From Thermodesulfobacteriota bacterium (GTDB taxonomy: Bacteria > Desulfobacterota > Binatia > Bin18), in the NCBI GenBank assembly GCA_964291405.2, contig OZ219926.1:1824001-1888000 (forward strand): a stretch of DNA of 64,000 nt, given 5' to 3'. A model generated the notes under the pieces. It made no database searches. It was not told where the DNA came from and was given only the letters and a program-made list of their open reading frames with translations. Positions 59,290 through 64,000 of this stretch are shown one piece after another. The stretch's first letter is position 1, and each line of letters begins with the position of its first letter. The translations under genes were made by a program, and so were the position numbers.

Positions 59290-59679
59290 TCAGTGCATGG
59301 CGTGTGGTTCGCGCAGAATAAATTCGGCGATTTCCGCATCAAACTGCTCGCCGTCAGCCGTGGTCATCTGATAGCTGCCGCGCATGGAGCCAAAGGGTGT
59401 GGTTAGCGGACAGCCCGAGGTGTACTCAAAAGATTGGCCCTGCGCCAGGACGGGCTGCTCGCCCACCACGCCCGGTCCTTTGACTTCTTCCACATGGCCG
59501 GTCGCGTCGGTAATAATCCAGTGGCGGGTCATGAGCTGAGCGGTAACCGACCCTTCGTTGGTGATGCGGATAGTATACAGGAAGAACCACTGGCTCTGCT
59601 GAGGAGAAGAGCGGGTCGGGTCGTATTGGGTTTCCACGCTGATGCGAATCCCTCGGGTGACTGTTTCAGAGGCTGGCAC
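59290..59679 (-). CDS. apaG: ApaG protein
   Basis: YTIRITN, QLMTRHWIITD, GPGVVGEQP, FEYTSGCPL, GSMRGSY. GTG 59679 with GAGGAGG RBS. Confidence 0.93.
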   Translation of the reverse strand: MPASETVTRGIRISVETQYDPTRSSPQQSQWFFLYTIRITNEGSVTAQLMTRHWIITDATGHVEEVKGPGVVGEQPVLAQGQSFEYTSGCPLTTPFGSMRGSYQMTTADGEQFDAEIAEFILREPHAMH

Positions 59680-59775
59680 GCTGTCTCCTCCTCTTTCTCT
59701 CATTGGTCCACATGTCGGACAAACATGTCGGGAGTGTATGACCGCCCTGCCAGCGCGTCAACCAAGGACGTCAAC

Positions 59776-60207
59776 TTACTCCTCGGCCAGGGCCGCCGTG
59801 ATATCGGCCGCCAGTTGCCGGCCCGTTTCATTGTCCAGCGTGCCTGCCGGCCATTGAATGCCGAGCCCCGCGCCCTCAGTTGCCTCCGGGAATCTGGGAA
59901 TAATATGGAAGTGGACGTGCATCACGGCCTGATGCGCGCTGGCACCGTTATTTTGCAGGACGTTGAACGCCGTAGCCCCGGTGGCTTTGAGGACGGCCCG
60001 GCTCAGGCGGGGGAGCACTCGGCCGAGGGCCGCCGCGGATTCGTCCGAAAGCTGGTCTATTGTTTCTGCCGGCTCTTTTGGGATGAGCAGGGTATGGCCG
60101 CTGCTCAGCGGACCAATATCAAGAAATGCGAAGACCTGGTCGTCTTCATAGATTTTGTGACACGGGATCTCACCAGCAATGATTTTCAAAAAGATTGTCT
60201 CTGCCAT
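59776..60207 (-). CDS. HIT family nucleotide hydrolase
   Basis: IFLKIIAGEIP, AFLDIGPLSSGHTLLIPK, HVHFHII. ATG 60207. Confidence 0.92.
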   Translation of the reverse strand: MAETIFLKIIAGEIPCHKIYEDDQVFAFLDIGPLSSGHTLLIPKEPAETIDQLSDESAAALGRVLPRLSRAVLKATGATAFNVLQNNGASAHQAVMHVHFHIIPRFPEATEGAGLGIQWPAGTLDNETGRQLAADITAALAEE

Positions 60208-60376
60208 ACCCCGAGAGTAGCGTATGACCGGACAGGCGGCTAGGGTTGGGGCCCTCCGCTTCCCCTCCTTGGAGGGGTGGTGCAGATTACCTCCCCCAGG
60301 ACCGGACCAGCGGGCCCTTTTGCCCTCACCTCTCCCTTTGCCCAAGGGGCGAGGGGCTCTTTTCTTGCTCTTGCTG

Positions 60377-60401
60377 CCTGGGAGAGCGGCCATCCTGGCC
60401 G
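60377..60401 (+). repeat. CCTGGGAG.GCGGCCATC REP-like element
   Basis: Direct repeat of 60748-60772 (2 mismatches in 25). Confidence 0.7.
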
Positions 60402-60722
60402 ACGGCGTATGGCACAGAGCGGCTGGACCCAGAGCCGGTGAGAATAGCGGCCATTCAGGCGGAACTGAAGAGCAAACGAAAACCGCTGAACGACACGCTC
60501 CGGGCGCTGGTCGAGCAGAGCAAAATCGGGTGCGTCGGGAGCGGAAAAAGGGGCGATCCGTACCGCTATTTTGCTGTTCCCGAGGGTCCCGAAAACGCGG
60601 CGGTTTCGGCAGCAGGCCGGGAACAGCAACTGTCCAGCGATTCCAAAGGGTTAGGCCCTGAAAAAAAAGCTGTTCCGCTGTTCCCGACCTATAATGGGGA
60701 ACAGAAAGAACAGCAAATCTGA
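60402..60722 (+). pseudogene. Fragment resembling the C-terminal wHTH of a mobile-element primase/helicase, with iteron-like repeats
   Basis: No start or RBS. LRALVEQSKIGCVGSGKRGDPYRYF peptide; six GAACAG(C) motifs in both orientations. Confidence 0.4.
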
Positions 60723-60747
60723 TAAGGGGCCGCTCACCCTCCCACTT

Positions 60748-60800
60748 CCTGGGAGCGCGGCCATCTTGGCCGCTTGCGGGCTGGAAGCCCGCACTCCTGG
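60748..60800 (+). repeat. Double-hairpin REP-like element
   Basis: CCTGGGAGCGCGGCCATCTTGGCCGCTTGCGGGCTGGAAGCCCGCACTCCTGG. Confidence 0.7.
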
Positions 60801-60889
60801 CCCCCTGGCGCAGACAGGCACGGCGCAGGGGAGCGGGGAGCCGCCGAGTAATGTCATTGGCATCACACGTTTGGGAGTAGGGCTCCGGC

Positions 60890-61732
60890 TCAGGGCAATC
60901 CGGCGCCCGGCACCTCGACCTGGACCGTTTCGATAGCAGCCTCGGACTTCCCCTGGGCCAACTCCTCCACGCTTGTGGCTGCGGTCAGCATGAAGAGCGT
61001 CCGCCGCCCTTCCCCGCCCAGCATGCAGGCAACGGCCCGTTTGTCTGGGACAGGAACACGATGCGTGACCTCTCCGCCGTCTTTGACCCGAATAAATTCA
61101 CCACTCCCAAACGAACTCACCCAGACCGCCCCTTCGGCGTCCAGACAAATCCCGTCAGGGGTTGCTTCCCCAAGTTGGGCAAACACGCGCCGGTCCGACA
61201 GCGAACCGTCGGCGGCGATGCTGAAAGCGCTCAAACAGTTCGCAAACGTTTCGGCAACAATGAAGGTGTTCCCGTCCGGACTGATCACACTGCCATTCGG
61301 GAAGCTCAGACCGTCCGCGACCACGCGGGCCTGTCCGTCCGGCGTGACCATGACGATGTTCGCCGGCCGGGCTTCTTCGCCGCCCATCAGGTCGTAGCCA
61401 AAACTCCCGATATAGGACCGGCCCTGGGCATCAACGACCATATCGTTGATATCGCCCCGGACGAGCGCGGAGACATCCGCGACTTCCGCGAGGCCGTTCG
61501 GGTCCTGCCGGAGCAGTTTTCTATCGTGCATGGAGACGATGAGCAGGCGTCCATCCGGCAGAAAGCCCAGTCCCGACGGGCGCTGCGGAACCGTTGCGAC
61601 CAACTCGGTGTTGCCCTGCGTATCAACCGTGAGCACTTTCTCGGCAAACATGTCGGAAACCCAGAGTTTGCCGTCGTGCCAGCGCGGGCCTTCAAGAAAA
61701 ATAAATCCATCTGCGAGGAGCTGAGGAGTCAT
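60890..61732 (-). CDS. SMP-30/gluconolactonase/LRE family protein
   Basis: FLEGPRWHDG, NDMVVD, FPNG, PDGICLDAEG, ACMLGG. Confidence 0.92.
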   Translation of the reverse strand: MTPQLLADGFIFLEGPRWHDGKLWVSDMFAEKVLTVDTQGNTELVATVPQRPSGLGFLPDGRLLIVSMHDRKLLRQDPNGLAEVADVSALVRGDINDMVVDAQGRSYIGSFGYDLMGGEEARPANIVMVTPDGQARVVADGLSFPNGSVISPDGNTFIVAETFANCLSAFSIAADGSLSDRRVFAQLGEATPDGICLDAEGAVWVSSFGSGEFIRVKDGGEVTHRVPVPDKRAVACMLGGEGRRTLFMLTAATSVEELAQGKSEAAIETVQVEVPGAGLP

Positions 61733-61750
61733 GCGGTCCCCCTTTCCTGA

Positions 61751-62548
61751 TTAGCGGCCCCGGAAGACCGGTTGCCGTTTGTCCATAAACGCGTTGACGC
61801 CTTCCTGATGATCTTCCGTCTGGCCACAGCGCAAATGCGTTTCCGCCTCCCGGTCGAGCATGGTACGAAAATCTACCGCACCCGACGCATTGACGTTGGC
61901 CTTCATATAGCGGTAGCTGACCAAGGGACCGGATGCGATACGTTCGGCCAGTTCCAGGGCTTCGTTCATGAGCTGGTCGTGGGCAAAGACACGGTTGACC
62001 AGACCAATACGCAGGGCTTCATCCGCGTTAATCATGTCCGGCAAAAAGAACAATTCCTTGGCCTTGGCCTGGCCGACCAAACGGCTGAGCTGCCAGGTCG
62101 TGCCGTAGTCGCCGCCATAGCCCACCCGCGCATAGGCCGTCCCGAGCCGCGCCCGGTCAGAAGCAAAGCGCAGGTCGCACGACAGGGCAATGCCCAGGCC
62201 GGCGCCGGCGGCCGGACCGTTAATGACCGCGATCGTGACCTTGGGCATATGGTGTAGCATCCAGGGCCAGGTATGACCTTCGCGGAGTTCGTCGACCTGC
62301 TGCTCCAGAGTGGAATCCCGAGTGCCGATTTCCTCACCCTTTTGCATGGCTGACACATCACCGCCCGCGCAAAAGCCTCGACCCGCGCCCGTCAGCACAA
62401 CCGCGCCAATATTGGGATCTTCCGACATCTCGCGCAGCGCCGAAACCGCCGCCTGGTTCATGTCTCTAGTGAGCGCGTTGAGCTTATCCGGGCGATTCAT
62501 GGTCAGAATGCCGACCCGGTTTGCGACTTCGATATTGAGATCAGCCAT
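61751..62548 (-). CDS. Enoyl-CoA hydratase/isomerase family protein
   Basis: NRPDKLNAL, GAGRGFCAGGD, NGPAAGAG, EALRIGLVN, EGVNAFMDKRQP. Confidence 0.92.
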   Translation of the reverse strand: MADLNIEVANRVGILTMNRPDKLNALTRDMNQAAVSALREMSEDPNIGAVVLTGAGRGFCAGGDVSAMQKGEEIGTRDSTLEQQVDELREGHTWPWMLHHMPKVTIAVINGPAAGAGLGIALSCDLRFASDRARLGTAYARVGYGGDYGTTWQLSRLVGQAKAKELFFLPDMINADEALRIGLVNRVFAHDQLMNEALELAERIASGPLVSYRYMKANVNASGAVDFRTMLDREAETHLRCGQTEDHQEGVNAFMDKRQPVFRGR

Positions 62549-62627
62549 CTTTCTTCCTCCTTATTTCCCTGTGGATGAAGCTTGCACTTTATCGCGTTTT
62601 GCGTAGAAAGGAAGGGACAGCTCAGGA

Positions 62628-63275
62628 ATGGAAAAGGAGAGGGACATGACGGCAAGCGCAGACCCGCATCAAATTACGAGTGTGGAACAGCTTCGCGAAC
62701 GCATTGGATCACCGAGTGAGCTCGTTCCGCATAAGCTCTGGACCGAGTTGGACGAGTCGTGCATGGACTTCATAAAACGCTCGCCGTTTCTCTTGCTCGC
62801 CACGGCAGACGCCGAAGGGAATCAGGATGTCTCGCCCAAAGGGGATGGGCCGGGGTTTGTCTGTATTGAGGATGAACACACGCTGCTCATCCCGGACCGG
62901 GCTGGCAACAAGCTGGTCTTCGGACTGACCAATATCATTGAGAACTCCCATATTGGCCTGATTTTCCTGCTGCCGGGAACGCCGGAAACCATGCGGGTCA
63001 ATGGCACTGCCGAGCTCACCGCCGACCCGGAAGTCCTGGAGCGCCTGTCCGCGCGTGGTAAACCCGCAGTGGTTGCCATTCGGGTCCATATCAAAGAGGT
63101 GTTCTACCACTGCGCCAAGGCGTTTATTCGGTCACAGCTCTGGAAGCCCAATACGTGGGAGGAGCGCTTGAAGATTTCGTTCGGCAAGATTCTGGCGGCC
63201 AAGATGGGCGGCGATGCCGGTATGGCCAACAAGATTGATGAATTTGTCGAACAGGACTATCGGACCAATCTGTAG
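62628..63275 (+). CDS. Pyridoxamine 5'-phosphate oxidase-like FMN-binding protein (MSMEG_1061-like)
   Basis: DVSPKGDGPGF, PDRAGN, MRVNG, FYHCAKAFIRSQLW. Start may be ATG 62646. Confidence 0.88.
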   Translation: MEKERDMTASADPHQITSVEQLRERIGSPSELVPHKLWTELDESCMDFIKRSPFLLLATADAEGNQDVSPKGDGPGFVCIEDEHTLLIPDRAGNKLVFGLTNIIENSHIGLIFLLPGTPETMRVNGTAELTADPEVLERLSARGKPAVVAIRVHIKEVFYHCAKAFIRSQLWKPNTWEERLKISFGKILAAKMGGDAGMANKIDEFVEQDYRTNL

Positions 63276-63298
63276 GCTTCCTTCACTCTCCTCAAAAT

Positions 63299-63332
63299 CC
63301 CTCTCCCATTGGGAGAGGGATAGGGTAAGGTG
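63299..63332. repeat. CCCTCTCCC...GGGAGAGGG palindromic repeat between convergent genes
   Basis: CCCTCTCCCATTGGGAGAGGGATAGGGTAAGG; a related element lies near 60322-60356. Confidence 0.55.
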
Positions 63333-63341
63333 GCCTGCTTC

Positions 63342-64000
63342 TTACAACAGTTCCAACCCCCTCCGCTCCCATTCCATGGCCACCACCCGGCCCAACCCCG
63401 ACTCCGTAATATACAAAGTCTTCGAATCGCCGCCGCCGAAGGCGATATTCGTGACCGCTCTGTCCTCACTCGGAATCCGATCGACCTGCCGCCCGTGCGG
63501 ATCGAAGACAATAATGCCCCCTCCCAACACACCGCAGACCAGGACATAGCCTACTTCATCCAGACAAAACCCATCGGGATAATGGCCGGCCGGCAGTTCA
63601 CAAAATGGTCGCCGCCGGCCGAGTTTGCCCGGAGCGAGAATGGGGAAGGCGCACAGGGCAGCGGCAAAGGTTTCCGCTACGAGCAGGGTTTTGCCGTCCG
63701 GGGTGAGGCCGATACCGTTGGGATGTTGCAGGTTGGTGGCGACACGCCGAATCCAGGTCCCATCCGGACTGGCGTAGTAGACACTGCCCGGACGCCGAGT
63801 GGGCGCATTCATTGGTTCAGGCCGTGTGGGATCACGCTGGATCGGGTCGGTAAAATAGCAATTTCCCTCAGCATCAAACACCAAATCATTAGGCGCGCTG
63901 AGTTGCACGCCTTCACATGAGGTGTATAACCGTTCGACCTTGCCCTGGGCGTCAATCCGCTCAAGGCGTCCGGTCTCGTAGTCCGCAGCCGGTCCAATCG
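63342..64000 (-). CDS. SMP-30/gluconolactonase family protein (5' truncated by the window edge)
   Basis: Frame open to the window end. APNDLVFD, HPNGIGLTPDG, PDGFCLD, TNIAFGG. Confidence 0.88.
   Translation of the reverse strand, partial: IGPAADYETGRLERIDAQGKVERLYTSCEGVQLSAPNDLVFDAEGNCYFTDPIQRDPTRPEPMNAPTRRPGSVYYASPDGTWIRRVATNLQHPNGIGLTPDGKTLLVAETFAAALCAFPILAPGKLGRRRPFCELPAGHYPDGFCLDEVGYVLVCGVLGGGIIVFDPHGRQVDRIPSEDRAVTNIAFGGGDSKTLYITESGLGRVVAMEWERRGLELL

Overview
High-GC bacterial chromosomal segment. The gene content suggests a deltaproteobacteria-like or Binatia-like organism (inference only). In order: (1) the 3' end of a PLP-dependent enzyme gene; (2) a ~4-kb, visibly AT-richer, integrase-less islet (417-4396) bounded by a diverged 92-bp duplication of the 3' end of an EndoQ-UvrD fusion gene, encoding an HEXXH metallopeptidase-muramidase plus a membrane protein and a lipoprotein that share a peptidoglycan-binding C-terminal domain; (3) housekeeping genes, including an ArsC selenoprotein missed by the ORF track, miaB, moaB and a moaD-moaE fusion; (4) ethylmalonyl-CoA pathway genes (hbd, meaB, ecm, mcl-like, mcd) and metH with a structured leader; (5) a MoxR/VWA pair and a thiolase-like/DUF35/PHP/MaoC module; (6) a hopanoid transport and side-chain cluster (mlaA, hpnM, hpnN, hpnK, hpnI, hpnJ, hpnL) with embedded aminoethylphosphonate-type genes, interrupted by five tandem mosaic TonB-dependent receptor paralogues; (7) small metabolic genes. 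A dispersed ~55-bp palindrome family (AAAGAGTAAACGTGTC...GACACGTTTACTCTTT) and several REP-like repeats lie in intergenic spacers. No rRNA, tRNA, CRISPR array, transposase or integrase was recognised. All calls were made by eye from motifs, with no database searches.
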